Shown here: piece by piece, positions 49,510 through 49,636 of the stretch
Layout: each line of letters begins with the position of its first letter
Position numbering within the stretch: position 1 is the stretch's first letter
Origin: a virus
Direction: 5' to 3' (one strand)
IMG/VR virus record: IMGVR_UViG_3300033987_000055
Length of the DNA stretch: 49,636 nucleotides
The notes under the pieces: model-generated
Told to the model about the DNA's origin: nothing
Database searches by the model: none
Seen by the model: only the letters and a program-made list of their open reading frames with translations
Translations under genes and position numbers: made by a program

Positions 49510-49636
49510 AAAATTTACTTCTTTTATTTGCCAAATTACTTTATCATTTTTTATTTCAATAACTTCCCATATAACTCTTATATCAACCCATTCATAGACT
49601 ATTTGTGTTCCTGCTTCAATAATATCCCTTTCATTC
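49510..49636. repeat. Second copy of the terminal direct repeat
   Basis: Identical to 1..127. Confidence 0.95.

Noticed and set aside
1-49636. A conventional CRISPR array (regularly spaced repeats) anywhere in the genome, especially in the ORF-poor gaps 38398..38698, 39029..39262 and 43976..44062.
   Set aside because: Reading these gaps on both strands shows no unit repeated at 55-80-nt spacing. The only repeats are the solitary 40-mer (two distant copies) and the about 40-bp boxes flanking the operon.

Overview
The window is one complete, circularly closed genome of a temperate, AT-rich siphovirus. Positions 1..127 are identical to 49510..49636, giving a unit length of 49,509 bp. The gene set points to a low-GC Firmicute, Clostridia-like host: XhlA/XkdX/holin/SPOR-amidase lysis cassette, two YopX genes, an ArpU-type late activator, an HK97-type head module, and HNH plus cos-type packaging.

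Almost all genes are on the minus strand. Only a cI-like repressor, a large serine integrase and one small HTH gene are on plus.

Reading the minus strand from the cro/cI switch near 4.8 kb, the order is:
- early genes, a candidate type I toxin-antitoxin pair, RecT, a replisome organiser with an ori-like repeat, and a DnaC-like loader;
- across the circular junction: SSB, a resolvase-like nuclease, YopX x2, MazG and a split DUF1599 gene;
- a six-gene type IV-B-like Cas effector operon with no CRISPR array (43975..39263): csf1-like, cas11-like, csf2/cas7, cysH-like PAPS reductase, an HD::csf3/cas5 fusion, and cas6;
- an ArpU-like activator with a structured, terminator-containing late leader;
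- HNH, cos region, TerS, TerL, portal, ClpP protease, major capsid protein, head-tail genes, major tail protein, and frameshifted tail chaperones;
- a GIY-YIG plus membrane-protein insertion, tape measure, tail tip and fibre, and lysis genes;
- two moron operons driven by host-consensus promoters, next to int and a candidate attP.

The most notable observations are:
1. The phage-borne Cas module, with its unusual HD fusion and a Cas6 but no array.
2. A perfectly duplicated 40-nt hairpin repeat shaped like a Cas6 substrate. One copy lies just downstream of the Cas operon in front of a terminator. The other lies inside a structured about 190-nt insert that splits an early ORF.
3. A compositionally foreign, GC-rich islet in which three small ORFs each end (..QG-TAG) inside a about 66-nt two-hairpin element that shows compensatory base changes.

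Several reading frames break at short homopolymers, so assembly indel errors must be considered. All functional calls come from reading motifs by eye. No database search was run.
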